From the IMG/VR virus record IMGVR_UViG_3300044878_000164, positions 1-44,678 of that record: DNA of 44,678 nt; one strand, 5' to 3'. A model generated the notes under the pieces. It had not been told where the DNA came from. It saw only the letters and a list, made by a program, of their open reading frames with translations, and did no database searches. Both the position numbers and the translations under genes were made by a program. This DNA is from a virus. Taxonomy: Duplodnaviria; Caudoviricetes. This document shows, piece after piece, positions 8,201-17,495 of this stretch. Each line of letters begins with the position of its first letter. The stretch's first letter is position 1.

Positions 8201-8343
8201 ACGTCCTCATCCTCCTCCTCGCAACTATCGCCGCAGGTGTGGCCATCCCCTGGGCCCGCCGCAAGGACGCCGCCGACGCGCACCTGATCCACAACCCCGC
8301 ATGCGTGGACTGCGCGGCGGATGACGAATGGCTCGGACTATGA
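8197..8343 (+). CDS. Small membrane-anchored protein (48 aa; not in ORF track)
   Basis: MNVLILLLATIAAGVAIPWARRK...CVDC; ATGA coupling at both ends. Confidence 0.6.
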   Translation: MNVLILLLATIAAGVAIPWARRKDAADAHLIHNPACVDCAADDEWLGL

Positions 8344-8534
8344 GCGCCGCGATCGAAGCCGAAGTGTTCTACTGCCCTGTCGAGACCCGCGCCGCCCGGA
8401 TGTATGAAGACCCGGAGCCCGCCGAGTTCTGCGAGAACGAAGTCCTCGTCGAAGGCGAACCTTGCAAGGAGCACGGCGGCGAAGAAGAGCCGGACTGGGA
8501 CGCGATCCGCAAAGACGAACGGCTCGACCGGTGA
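8340..8534 (+). CDS. Small acidic Cys-containing hypothetical protein
   Basis: ATGA coupling; YC...FCENEV...PCKEH...EPDWD. Confidence 0.6.
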   Translation: MSAAIEAEVFYCPVETRAARMYEDPEPAEFCENEVLVEGEPCKEHGGEEEPDWDAIRKDERLDR

Positions 8535-8710
8535 GCGCCTGCTACTGCGGCGGCCTGTACCGCTGCGAGATCTGCCGCCGGGACGTCTGCTTCTGCCCCG
8601 GCCACGAAGACCCCACCCCGGACACCCAGGAGGCCGTGACCTCCGGATACGTAAACCCATCCCAAGCCCGCATCGAAGCGTGGCAGACCAAGCAGGAGCT
8701 GACCCGATGA
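8531..8710 (+). CDS. Small zinc-finger-like protein
   Basis: CYCGG..RCEICRRDVCFCPGH; coupled at both ends. Confidence 0.6.
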   Translation: MSACYCGGLYRCEICRRDVCFCPGHEDPTPDTQEAVTSGYVNPSQARIEAWQTKQELTR

Positions 8711-9813
8711 GCACCACATTCCGCGAACCGACCGGCAAGCCCACATGGCCGATCCTCCTCATTGCCGGCGGCGAGAAGGCAGGCAAGTCCTACGCATCCG
8801 CCAAGGCCTCCGCCTCTGACCTCATCGGCCAGACCTACTGGATCGGCGTCGGTGAGGACGACCCGGATGAGTACGGCGCGATCCCCGGGGCGCGGTTCCG
8901 GATCGCCAAGCACAGCGGCACGCACCACTCCATCGTGGAAGCACTGCGGGACGCCTCCAAACAGCCCCGGATCGACGGCAAGCCGAACCTCCTGGTCGTC
9001 GACTCCGGAACCCGTGTCTGGGAAATGCTCTCCGACGAAGCCCAGGAGCGTGCGAACATGCGAGCCAAGAAGGCGGCCGAGAAGTACAAGCGGGACTTCG
9101 ACCCGGAAGCTGAAGCCACCATCGGTCCTGACCTGTGGAACCGTGCCACCGGACGCTGGCAGGACGTTATGGAGATCCTCCGTGAACACGACGGCCCCTC
9201 CATCATCACCGCCCGCCTGGACATCGTGACCATCATGGACGCCAAGGGCCAGCCGACCAAAGACAAGACGTCGAAGGTCAAAGCCCAGAAATCGCTCCCG
9301 TTCGACGTCGGCGGCATCGTGGAAATGCCGGAGCGCGGGAAGGCGTACATCAGCGGCATCCGTTCGTTGAAGCTGGACCTGCCCGTCGGTGAGAAGCAGC
9401 AGGTCCGGGACTTCTCGGTGGATTGGCTGTGGCGCCAGCTCGGTCTGGACGTCGAGGGGGCGACGTCTCCGCGTCAGCATTCCGGAGCCGATGGCCAGGC
9501 ATCGGCCGCGGTCCCGGACACCGCTCCCGCCCAGCCTGCCGAGCCTGCCCAGCGCCCACAGGGGAACCCGAACGAGGACGCCGGGGCATCGGCACTGCAC
9601 GCCCGGCAGGCAGCCGCCCGCGCAGCCGCCCCCGTCTGGGGTCCGGAGCAGGCCGAACAGCTCGAAGTCCGGATCTACGAAGCCAAGGGCAACGTCGACA
9701 TCCTCCGATCCCTGTGGAAGTCCGCGCAGGGCATGGGCGCCCCGCAGGAAGTCCTCGACCGCATCGCCAACATCAACAAGCCGCAGACCGAAACGAAGGA
9801 GCAGGCAGCATGA
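8707..9813 (+). CDS. AAA/RecA-like ATPase (Sak4/AAA_24-like recombination protein)
   Basis: Walker A GGEKAGKS, Walker B LLVVDS; upstream of SSB. Confidence 0.8.
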   Translation: MSTTFREPTGKPTWPILLIAGGEKAGKSYASAKASASDLIGQTYWIGVGEDDPDEYGAIPGARFRIAKHSGTHHSIVEALRDASKQPRIDGKPNLLVVDSGTRVWEMLSDEAQERANMRAKKAAEKYKRDFDPEAEATIGPDLWNRATGRWQDVMEILREHDGPSIITARLDIVTIMDAKGQPTKDKTSKVKAQKSLPFDVGGIVEMPERGKAYISGIRSLKLDLPVGEKQQVRDFSVDWLWRQLGLDVEGATSPRQHSGADGQASAAVPDTAPAQPAEPAQRPQGNPNEDAGASALHARQAAARAAAPVWGPEQAEQLEVRIYEAKGNVDILRSLWKSAQGMGAPQEVLDRIANINKPQTETKEQAA

Positions 9814-10427
9814 GCGCCCAGACCGAAGAACAGACCGACGAGATCGTCCAGGTCGACATCAAGGCCGAGAACCTCCGGTTCGTGTTCAAGAAGACCATCG
9901 TCGACGCCTTGTCCGCGGAGATCAAGCAGGACCGGGAAGAGCACATCAAGCCCCTGCTTGAGGAGTGGCGCCGCTCCGGGAACAAGTCGTTCTCCGTGAC
10001 CCTCCCGGACGGGACGAAGATCGGCCAGGTCACCCTGACCGAGGGCAAAGACGCCACGGTCATCGCGGACGACACGGCGTTCTTCCTGTGGATGAAGGCG
10101 AACCACCCGGAAGAGATCGAAACGGTCATCGTGCCGGAGAAGGTCATCCCGGCGTCGTCGTACGAGCAGGTGAAGCCGGCGGCCCTGAACCGTCTGCTCG
10201 AGGAGGAGTTCGCGATGGAGGACGGGATGGTGATCACGAAGGAAGGCGAGCCCGTCCCCGGTGTCGAGTACCTGAAGGCCCCGGAGCCGTCCCAGTTCTC
10301 CGTGACGTACGCCGGGACGAAGGCGGTCGACAAGGACCGCACGAAGCAGAAGCTGTTCGAGGCGTACCGCCGCGGCGAGTTGGCACACCTGAACCTCGGC
10401 TCCGCACTCCCCCAGATCGAGGCCTGA
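9810..10427 (+). CDS. Hypothetical protein (Gam/Gp157-like recombination module)
   Basis: SVTLPDGTKIG...GEPVPGVE motifs typical of Mu-Gam-like proteins. Confidence 0.6.
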   Translation: MSAQTEEQTDEIVQVDIKAENLRFVFKKTIVDALSAEIKQDREEHIKPLLEEWRRSGNKSFSVTLPDGTKIGQVTLTEGKDATVIADDTAFFLWMKANHPEEIETVIVPEKVIPASSYEQVKPAALNRLLEEEFAMEDGMVITKEGEPVPGVEYLKAPEPSQFSVTYAGTKAVDKDRTKQKLFEAYRRGELAHLNLGSALPQIEA

Positions 10428-10789
10428 TGAGCACGCCCACGACGAACGACGTCATCCTGACCCTCGCCCAGTTGGGCCGGGATCTGGACAACAAGCAGGA
10501 CGAGATCGCACGCCTGGACGAGGAAGCCGTCCGGGCCCGGTCCCGGTTTGAGGTGTCCTTTGCGCGGGCGTTCATCCAGGCGGCCGGCGCCGAGGGTCTG
10601 CGGAAGCAGACCGCGGTGCTGGAGACCGAGGCCGCGAAGCTGGACGCGGAGATCGCGGACCAGAAGTTGAGGGCAGCGCGGGAAGCGATCCGGGTCCTTC
10701 GGGACCGGCTGGATATTGGGCGCTCCCTCAACTCCGCGATCCGCTCCGAGTGGGCCGCGCAGGGCGCCGGGCAGGCGATGGCGGCGTGA
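10427..10789 (+). CDS. Coiled-coil hypothetical protein (UvsY-like)
   Basis: Heptad-rich helix ...LRDRLDIGRSLNSAIRSE; TGATG coupling. Confidence 0.6.
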   Translation: MSTPTTNDVILTLAQLGRDLDNKQDEIARLDEEAVRARSRFEVSFARAFIQAAGAEGLRKQTAVLETEAAKLDAEIADQKLRAAREAIRVLRDRLDIGRSLNSAIRSEWAAQGAGQAMAA

Positions 10790-11160
10790 ACGGGTTCAGC
10801 AAGGCCCAGAAGATCGCCATCTCCGCCCGAGACCTCGGATGTGTCGTTCACGGCGCAGGCGGGGACTGCGTCGGGGACCTGATCCACCACCACCGGAAGG
10901 GCCGCGGCGCCGGCGGGGTGAAGTCCCGCAACCGTGTCGCGAACGGCCTGCTGGTCTGCGCCCGCTGGAACACTCTCGTTGAGGCCATGCCGGATCTCGC
11001 CGCCCAGGCGCGGAAGAAAGGCTGGAAGCTCCGCACAGATCACGAGATCGACACCCTCCCCGTCTGGATCCCCAAACTCGGCCAGTTCGTCCTCTTGGAC
11101 GACGACGGCCATTACACCGATTTGCACCACACCATCATCACTAGTCAGGAAGCAGCGTAA
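10786..11160 (+). CDS. HNH endonuclease-like protein
   Basis: RDLGCVV...[11 protein letters not shown]...ANGLLVC...A.KKGW. Confidence 0.7.
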   Translation: MNGFSKAQKIAISARDLGCVVHGAGGDCVGDLIHHHRKGRGAGGVKSRNRVANGLLVCARWNTLVEAMPDLAAQARKKGWKLRTDHEIDTLPVWIPKLGQFVLLDDDGHYTDLHHTIITSQEAA

Positions 11161-11162
11161 AC

Positions 11163-11657
11163 ATGGCAGGCGAAACAACAATCACGGTCATCGGAAACCT
11201 CACGAACGATCCGGAGCTGCGGTTCACACCGTCGGGCTCCGCGGTCGCAAACTTCACGATCGCGTCCACGCCCCGCACCTTCGACCGGCAGTCCAATGAG
11301 TGGAAGGACGGGGAGACGCTGTTCCTCCGGGCCAGCGTGTGGCGTGAAGCTGCGGAGAACGTGGCCGAGTCCCTCACCAAGGGTATGCGCGTCATCGTCT
11401 CCGGCCGCCTGAAGAGCCGCAGCTACGAGACGAAGGAAGGCGAGAAGCGAACGGTGATCGAGTTGGAGGTCGACGAGATCGGCCCCAGCCTCCGGTACGC
11501 GAACGCGAAGGTTAACCGGACGCAGCGGTCCGGCGGCCAGAGCAACGGCGGCGGCAGTGGCGGCCAGGCATCCGGCGGGAACTGGGGCGGAACCCAGTCG
11601 CCGGCCGCGCAGGAAGACCCCTGGGGCAACGGCCCGTCGTCGGAGCCGCCCTTCTAA
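11163..11657 (+). CDS. ssb: Single-stranded DNA-binding protein
   Basis: [25 protein letters not shown]...; acidic EPPF tail. Confidence 0.97.
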   Translation: MAGETTITVIGNLTNDPELRFTPSGSAVANFTIASTPRTFDRQSNEWKDGETLFLRASVWREAAENVAESLTKGMRVIVSGRLKSRSYETKEGEKRTVIELEVDEIGPSLRYANAKVNRTQRSGGQSNGGGSGGQASGGNWGGTQSPAAQEDPWGNGPSSEPPF

Positions 11658-11675
11658 ACACCCTCGCATCATCCT

Positions 11676-11710
11676 GGGACCCGTTCGGCTTTGGCCGGGC
11701 GGGTCCTTTT
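11676..11710 (+). terminator. Intrinsic terminator after ssb
   Basis: GGGACCCGTTCGGC-TTTG-GCCGGGCGGGTCC-TTTT. Confidence 0.85.
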
Positions 11711-11784
11711 GCGTGCCTCGGGCGTTCTAGGTAGTCCTCACCAATACCTGAGTACACGACACGGCGAAAAACGCGTACATGGTA

Positions 11785-11863
11785 GGTAAAGCTAGGTGTT
11801 TCGCGGTAAGCTGTACTTGTTCAACCAAAGAAAAAGCCCGTCAGTGCGGGAACACTGCCGGGC
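11785..11863 (+). promoter_or_regulatory. Promoter region with repeat motif and leader hairpin
   Basis: GGTAAAGCTAGG...TAAGCT (11807), CAAAGA, hairpin GCCCG-T-CAGTG-CGGGAA-CACTG-C-CGGGC. Confidence 0.55.
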
Positions 11864-11893
11864 CAACCATCCACAAAGAAACGGTCTCTCTAA

Positions 11894-12112
11894 ATGAAGA
11901 ATAACCGCAATACAGTCGCGCCCGCAATACCTCAGGATTCCCTCATCATCCTCCGGGAAGTATCCGAGGCCTACGAACGCCTCAAGGTCGCCCGCAAAGT
12001 AGCAGCCAAAACCGCCCAGGCACACCACACGTACGAGGAGATCGGCGAAGCGCTCGGCGTCACCGCCGGCCACGCCCACGTGCTCATCAACGGCCGCCGG
12101 AGGGCCGCATGA
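11894..12112 (+). CDS. HTH DNA-binding protein
   Basis: HTYEEIGEALGVTAGHAHVLI. Confidence 0.75.
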   Translation: MKNNRNTVAPAIPQDSLIILREVSEAYERLKVARKVAAKTAQAHHTYEEIGEALGVTAGHAHVLINGRRRAA

Positions 12113-12573
12113 GCGCGTTCGTGAAGGCGTACCCCCGCGCCAAGGTCACCCGCCACCCGAAGATCAACGGCTGGGTCATCGACCTGATCCAGCGTGAAGG
12201 GGCCCGCCCGAAGCGCGTGGCCGCCACATACGCGACCGCAGCGTTCGCGGACCGGGCCGCCCGGGTGAAGCTCGGCGCCACTGCCCCCACGGTCTACAAG
12301 CCGCTCCCCCAGCACGTCCGCCCGCTGGATTCCGCCCGGGTGACTGTCGAGCCGGAGGCCCGCACCGCGCAGGCTCCCGAGGCGCCCGCTGACGCCCGCC
12401 GCACCCGCGCACCCCACGGCGAGCGCAGCACCGGGACCTGCACGCCCTGCGGCCGGCCAATGCGCCCCGCAGGATCGAAGGCCACCGACTACCCCGGCAC
12501 GACCCTGCGTCAGCGTGATGGCATCTGCCAGACCTGCTACCAGAAGGCCAAGCGCGAGGGAGCTGCAGCATGA
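12109..12573 (+). CDS. Hypothetical protein with C-terminal zinc ribbon
   Basis: CTPCGRPM...GICQTCY; coupled genes. Confidence 0.7.
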   Translation: MSAFVKAYPRAKVTRHPKINGWVIDLIQREGARPKRVAATYATAAFADRAARVKLGATAPTVYKPLPQHVRPLDSARVTVEPEARTAQAPEAPADARRTRAPHGERSTGTCTPCGRPMRPAGSKATDYPGTTLRQRDGICQTCYQKAKREGAAA

Positions 12574-13820
12574 GTCTCACAGTCTCCGACTTCTTCTGTG
12601 GCGCCGGCGGGTCCAGCTCCGGCATCATGCAGGTCCCCGGCCTGCATGTGAAGCTCGCCCTGAACCACTGGGAGCGCGCCATCGAGACGCACGGCTACAA
12701 CCACCCGGACACCGACCACGCATGCGCTGACATCGCGCACATCCGGCCCGAGTACACACCCCGGACGCACCTGCTGTGGGCCTCCCCGGAATGCACCAAC
12801 TTCACCGTCGCCAAGGGCGTTAAGCGTGAGCAGTGGGACGGGCAGGACTCCCTGTTCACCGACGGCCTGCCCGACGAGGCCGCGCAGCGCTCCCGCGCCA
12901 CAATGTACGACGTGCCCCGCTTCGCCGAAGTCCACCAGTACGAAGCCATCATGACCGAGAACGTCGTCGAGGTCACCGCATGGAAGCCGTTCCGCGGCTG
13001 GCTGCAGTCCATGGGAGACCTCGGCTACGAGCACAAGATCATCAGCCTCAACTCCATGCACGCCCAGGCGTTCGGGCCCGGCGCCCCGCAGTCACGGGAC
13101 CGCGTCTACATCGTGTTCTGGCGCAAGGGCAACAAAGCCCCGGACTTCGAACGGCTCCGCCCGATGGCCGAATGCGAGAAGCACGGCATGGTCCGCTGCA
13201 TCCAGGCATTCAAGGACCCGTCCAAGATTGTCGGGAAGTACCGGCAGCAGTACGTCTACCGCTGCCCGAACACCAGCTGCCGGAACGCGGTCCTTGAACC
13301 CGCCGTGAAGCCTGCCTCGGACGCGATCGACTGGACCATCAAGGGCGCCCGCATAGGCGACCGGAAGAAGCCCCTGGCCGCCGCCACCATGCGGCAGATC
13401 GTCGAGGGCTTGAACCGCTACCCGAACGCCAAGAGCATCCTGACGCAGTTCTACGGCTCACCGTCCCCGAAGCCGACCACGGACCCGTACAGCACGTTCA
13501 CCACCCGGGACCGGCACGGCCTCGTCGTCACCCTACGGTCGAACGCTGTCGCCACCCCCGCCAGCGAGAAGCCGTTCACCACCATAACCGCCGGCGGCAA
13601 CCACCACGGCCTCATGACCTACACCGAGCACGACGTCGCCGACGTCGCCTTCCGGATGATCCAGCCGCACGAGCAGATGTGGGGCATGGACTTCCCGAAG
13701 GACTACACCATCCTCGGCACGATGAAGGAACGCACCATGCAGGCCGGAAACGCGGTCACTCCCCCGGCTGCCCGCGACCTCGCGTCCATCGTCGCTGACT
13801 CACTGGAGGTGGCGGCGTGA
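12570..13820 (+). CDS. DNA (cytosine-5) methyltransferase
   Basis: Motifs I FCGAGG, IV SPEC, VI ENV, VIII QSRDR, X AGNAV. Confidence 0.92.
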   Translation: MSLTVSDFFCGAGGSSSGIMQVPGLHVKLALNHWERAIETHGYNHPDTDHACADIAHIRPEYTPRTHLLWASPECTNFTVAKGVKREQWDGQDSLFTDGLPDEAAQRSRATMYDVPRFAEVHQYEAIMTENVVEVTAWKPFRGWLQSMGDLGYEHKIISLNSMHAQAFGPGAPQSRDRVYIVFWRKGNKAPDFERLRPMAECEKHGMVRCIQAFKDPSKIVGKYRQQYVYRCPNTSCRNAVLEPAVKPASDAIDWTIKGARIGDRKKPLAAATMRQIVEGLNRYPNAKSILTQFYGSPSPKPTTDPYSTFTTRDRHGLVVTLRSNAVATPASEKPFTTITAGGNHHGLMTYTEHDVADVAFRMIQPHEQMWGMDFPKDYTILGTMKERTMQAGNAVTPPAARDLASIVADSLEVAA

Positions 13821-14029
13821 GGGTTTACACGAAAGCGAACTTCCCCGAACGCCTGGAGCAGGCGCGGAAGCTTCTGGAGGACGGCGCATCGCGGATGGAG
13901 GTCACCCGCTCCACGGGGGTAACCCGGGAGGCCCTGGTCAAGTACTGCCCCGGCATGAAGTGGACCTTCACGCAGGCCGGGCAGTTCCGCGCCCTGACCC
14001 GCGACACGAAAGTCCGGGGTGGGCTATGA
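13817..14029 (+). CDS. HTH protein, paralog 1
   Basis: ARKLLEDGASRMEVTRSTGVTREAL. Confidence 0.7.
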   Translation: MRVYTKANFPERLEQARKLLEDGASRMEVTRSTGVTREALVKYCPGMKWTFTQAGQFRALTRDTKVRGGL

Positions 14030-14232
14030 GCTGGAGCCGCGCACCCATCGCCCGTGAGCGCCTCGACCGGGCGGAACTGCTGCTCCGGGAAGGGGCTTCG
14101 CAGAAGGAAGTGAGCACCACGACGGGGATCTCCCGCGGGGTGCTGAACAAGCACTTCCCGGAACTGAAATGGACCTCGAAGCAGGCCGGAGAGTTCCGGG
14201 CCGCGACCCGATACGTGAAGGTGAGCATCTGA
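14026..14232 (+). CDS. HTH protein, paralog 2
   Basis: AELLLREGASQKEVSTTTGISRGVL; aligns end to end with the upstream gene. Confidence 0.7.
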   Translation: MSWSRAPIARERLDRAELLLREGASQKEVSTTTGISRGVLNKHFPELKWTSKQAGEFRAATRYVKVSI

Positions 14233-15143
14233 TGGCCTGGTTCAAGGTGGACGACAAGCTCCACTCGGCCCCGAAGCTCCTGAGCATCCCCCGCAAGTAC
14301 CGGCTGGCTGCCCTCGGGCTGTGGACCCTCGCGGGGTCGTGGAGCGCCGACCAGCTGACCGACGGGATGATCCCGGAGTACATGGTGGAGGAATGGGGAG
14401 GCACAAAAACGCTCGTCGAGTGGCTCGTAAAAGCTGACCTGTGGCAAAAAATCGAGGACGGAACCCAGTTCAAGAACTGGGAGGAGTACCAGCCCACGAA
14501 GGCCGACATTGAAGCGGAGCGGGAGAAAAACCGCGAGAAACTGCGGAAATGGCGGGAACGTAACCGGGAGAGTAACGAGGGTGTAACCGGGTTACAGGAC
14601 GGTTCGAAACCGGGTAGTAACCCCGCCCCCGACCCGACCCGACCCGACCCGACCCCTATAGAAGAAGCTAAAGCTTCTTCTGGCAGCACCCGGGAAGACG
14701 TGACCAAGCTCTGCACCATCCTGGCGGATCTGATCGAACGCAACGGCTCGCTCCGGCCGGAGATCACCAAGACGTGGACCGATGAGGCCCGCCGCATGAT
14801 CGACCTCGACGGCCGCGAGCCGGCCAAGGCGGAGAACCTGATCCGCTGGGCTCAGGGCGACACGTTCTGGCGGAAGAACGTCCTGTCGATGGGTAAGTTC
14901 CGGGCCAAGTACGACCAGCTACGGCTGGCCGCGGTGGAGGACTGGGAGAAGAACAAAACCGGGGCGTCCCCGGATGGGCTGATCGACGTCGACGCGGTCC
15001 TCGGCCGTGACGTGTGGTCGCCCGGGACACCCCCGGCGGGGCTGGATGTTGCCGGGGAAATTGAGTGGAAGAAACAGCAGCGGGCCGCGCACAAGGCCGA
15101 ACGGCTCGAAGAAGCAAAGCAGAAATTGGGGGTAGCGGCATGA
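14232..15143 (+). CDS. Replication initiator (lambda O/DnaD-like)
   Basis: MAWFKVDD N-terminus, PDPTRPDPTP linker, FWRKNVLSMGKFRAKYDQL C-terminal motif; upstream of DnaB. Confidence 0.8.
   Translation: MAWFKVDDKLHSAPKLLSIPRKYRLAALGLWTLAGSWSADQLTDGMIPEYMVEEWGGTKTLVEWLVKADLWQKIEDGTQFKNWEEYQPTKADIEAEREKNREKLRKWRERNRESNEGVTGLQDGSKPGSNPAPDPTRPDPTPIEEAKASSGSTREDVTKLCTILADLIERNGSLRPEITKTWTDEARRMIDLDGREPAKAENLIRWAQGDTFWRKNVLSMGKFRAKYDQLRLAAVEDWEKNKTGASPDGLIDVDAVLGRDVWSPGTPPAGLDVAGEIEWKKQQRAAHKAERLEEAKQKLGVAA
14560..14655 (+). repeat. Putative origin iterons (GTAAC repeats) plus (CCCGA)5
   Basis: GTAAC at 14560, 14572, 14583, 14617; inverted GTTAC at 14591; GAAACCGGG at 14606; (CCCGA)5 at 14628-14652. 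Confidence 0.6.
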
Positions 15144-16441
15144 ACGACAGGACACCACGGCAGGACATCGGCGCGGAGCGGGCAGTGATTGGGGCGGCGA
15201 TGCTTGACCAGCGCGTCCTGGAGGACATCAACCTCAAGGGTGAGGACTTCTACCGGCCCCAGCACGAGGAGCTGTGGGACCTGATCCTCACCGAGTCACG
15301 GGCCGGGCGCCCTGTCACACCGCTGGCGCTGGTCCAGAGGCTGATCTCGGCGCCTATCGTGGGTCTGGAGCCCACCTACCTGCACGAGTGCATGGAAGCG
15401 GCCCCGGTCCGCGCCGCAGTCCCGCACCACGCCGGGATCATCGCGGGCCTGGCGCGGCTTCGGAGGCTGGCCGACGTCGGCGCGCAGCTCCAGCAGATGT
15501 CCATGACCTCGGCGTGGGACGAAACTGAGCAGGTCCTCGACGACGCCCGCGCCGTGCTGGACACGACCGCCAACGAGGCAACCGGCATCCGGGTCCGCAC
15601 CTTCGCGGACGCACTCGAGTCTGCCATCGACCTGTGGTCCTCCCCCAAGGGCAAGTCCTACCCGACCGGCTGGTCCGATCTGGACCGGAAGTTCAACGGC
15701 GGCTGGCACCCTGGCCAGCTGACCATCATGGGCGCCCGCCCGGCCGTCGGCAAGTCGCTGGTGGCCGGCTGCGCAGCCGTGGCCGCTACGGGCTACGGGG
15801 TGGGTTTCTTCTCACTGGAGATGAAGGAGCACGAGGTTGTCGGGCGCATGACGGCCGCCTCCGAGGGCGTGGACCTGCACCACCTGAACTCATTCGAGCT
15901 GACGGACGCTGACTGGTCGAAAGTTGCCCGGCTCCGGGCGAAGTCGGCCGAGTGGCCGGTGTACATCGAGGAACTTTCCCGGACAACGATGGCGCAGATC
16001 CGCGCCACTGTGCGGACGTGGAAGCGCCGCGGCCCGGTCCCGCTGGTGATCATCGATTACCTGCAGCTCGTGGCGCCGGCTGACACCCGGGAGCAGCGCG
16101 AACGTCAGGTCGCACGGATCGCGGAGGACTGCAAGCACCTCGCGAAGGAGTTCGACACGCACGTCCTCGCGCTGGCGCAGGTGAACCGCGGCTCCACGCA
16201 GCGGGCCGATACCCGGCCCACGATGGCGGACCTGCGTGAGTCCGGCGGGATCGAGGCGCACGCGGACAACATCATCCTGCTGCACCGTGATGACGATGAG
16301 ATGGAGGGCGAGATCGAGTTCATCATTGAGAAGAACCGGCATGGAGAGACGGGGAAGATCCGTTTGGCGTGGCGGCCGCACTTCGCGTCGGTCAACTCGA
16401 TGGCACCTGAGCCGAGCGACTTCCGGCACGGCATCGCGTGA
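15140..16441 (+). CDS. dnaB: DnaB-like replicative helicase
   Basis: GARPAVGKS, FFSLEM, IIDYLQL, LAQVNR, DLRESGGIEAHAD, KNRHG. Confidence 0.95.
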   Translation: MNDRTPRQDIGAERAVIGAAMLDQRVLEDINLKGEDFYRPQHEELWDLILTESRAGRPVTPLALVQRLISAPIVGLEPTYLHECMEAAPVRAAVPHHAGIIAGLARLRRLADVGAQLQQMSMTSAWDETEQVLDDARAVLDTTANEATGIRVRTFADALESAIDLWSSPKGKSYPTGWSDLDRKFNGGWHPGQLTIMGARPAVGKSLVAGCAAVAATGYGVGFFSLEMKEHEVVGRMTAASEGVDLHHLNSFELTDADWSKVARLRAKSAEWPVYIEELSRTTMAQIRATVRTWKRRGPVPLVIIDYLQLVAPADTREQRERQVARIAEDCKHLAKEFDTHVLALAQVNRGSTQRADTRPTMADLRESGGIEAHADNIILLHRDDDEMEGEIEFIIEKNRHGETGKIRLAWRPHFASVNSMAPEPSDFRHGIA

Positions 16442-16827
16442 GGGAGTGGGTGATTGACCTGCCGTGGGCGACTCCCCCGGTGAAGCCGAACGGCGGGTAT
16501 TCGAACCGGTACGCGCATTCGGCGAAAGTCGCGCAGGCCCGGCAGGTCATGGGCCTGCTGGGCCGGGCCGCCGGCATCCCTCCCCTGGTCCGGTGTGAGG
16601 TGTTGCTGACCTGGCATGTCGGGGACCGGATCGCCCGGGACGCCGACAATCTCGTGTGGACATTAAAGCCGCTGTGCGATGCGCTCTCGTCGGGGAAGAA
16701 GCACACGGACCACCCGATCGTGGCGGACGATACGCCGGAGTTCATGGTCAAGCCCATGCCGGTGGTGTCGTTCGTGAAAGGCCAGCGGAAGCGGCTGAGT
16801 GTCCGCATCCGGGAGTTGAGCACGTAG
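16438..16827 (+). CDS. rusA: RusA-like Holliday junction resolvase
   Basis: RDADNL...KPLCDAL...IVADD. Confidence 0.8.
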   Translation: MREWVIDLPWATPPVKPNGGYSNRYAHSAKVAQARQVMGLLGRAAGIPPLVRCEVLLTWHVGDRIARDADNLVWTLKPLCDALSSGKKHTDHPIVADDTPEFMVKPMPVVSFVKGQRKRLSVRIRELST

Positions 16828-16846
16828 GGATTTCTCACCAATTCAA

Positions 16847-16921
16847 GGGAAACCTAGGGAATATTGTGCTACTCTGTAATCACAAAGAAGAAGCCCCGCG
16901 ACGTCAGGCAACGTCCGGGGC
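16847..16921 (+). promoter_or_regulatory. Promoter/operator region with leader hairpin
   Basis: GGGAAACCTA GGGAATATTG TGC-TACTCT (extended -10), CAAAGA, hairpin 16893-16921. Confidence 0.6.
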
Positions 16922-16945
16922 AATGACCGGGAAGGAACCCCGATA

Positions 16946-17134
16946 GTGGCAATTGTATCAACACCGGAGCTGGAGGCGTCGAAGCTGTACCGCCAGCTCA
17001 TCAAGGCCCGCCGCAACGCCGAAGAAACCACGGCCCGCGCCGCCACCACGTACCGCGAGGCCGAAGCCTCCCGCGAACACCTGGCCAACCTCGAAGCCGA
17101 GTACCGGGCCGTGAAGCGGGAGTGTGTCGCATGA
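16946..17134 (+). CDS. Small coiled-coil hypothetical protein
   Basis: AAGGA RBS; helical. Confidence 0.6.
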   Translation: MAIVSTPELEASKLYRQLIKARRNAEETTARAATTYREAEASREHLANLEAEYRAVKRECVA

Positions 17135-17400
17135 GCGCCCGCGACGAACTGTTCCAGTTGATGTTGGGGCGAACCACAACGAAAGCCGTGGAGCGTATCC
17201 TCGCCGCCGGCTATTCTAAGCCCCGCACCATCACCACCGCCGAAGAACTCGACGCGCTCCCGGTCGGTTCGGTCGTGAAGGACAACGACGGCCACGCCCA
17301 TCTGAAGTACCCGCGAGGCTGGGTCCGCACCGGTCAGGAACCGTACAGCACCCCGGAGGGCATCCTTCCGGCGCTCGTCGTCCACGAGGCCAGCGCGTGA
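17131..17400 (+). CDS. Hypothetical actinophage protein (ITTAEELDALPVGSVV motif)
   Basis: Motif is common in actinophage early proteins; ATGA coupling. Confidence 0.7.
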   Translation: MSARDELFQLMLGRTTTKAVERILAAGYSKPRTITTAEELDALPVGSVVKDNDGHAHLKYPRGWVRTGQEPYSTPEGILPALVVHEASA

Positions 17401-17495
17401 GGGCGGCGCGGTGGACGTTCCGCCGTCGTCTCGCCTGCTTCTTCGGTGAGCAGCTGATCCCCGGCCGGCACTACCAGTTCCGGGTGAAGGCATGA
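17397..17495 (+). CDS. Possible 32-aa microprotein
   Basis: Exactly fills the gap, with GTGA and ATGA overlaps. Confidence 0.4.
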   Translation: MRAARWTFRRRLACFFGEQLIPGRHYQFRVKA

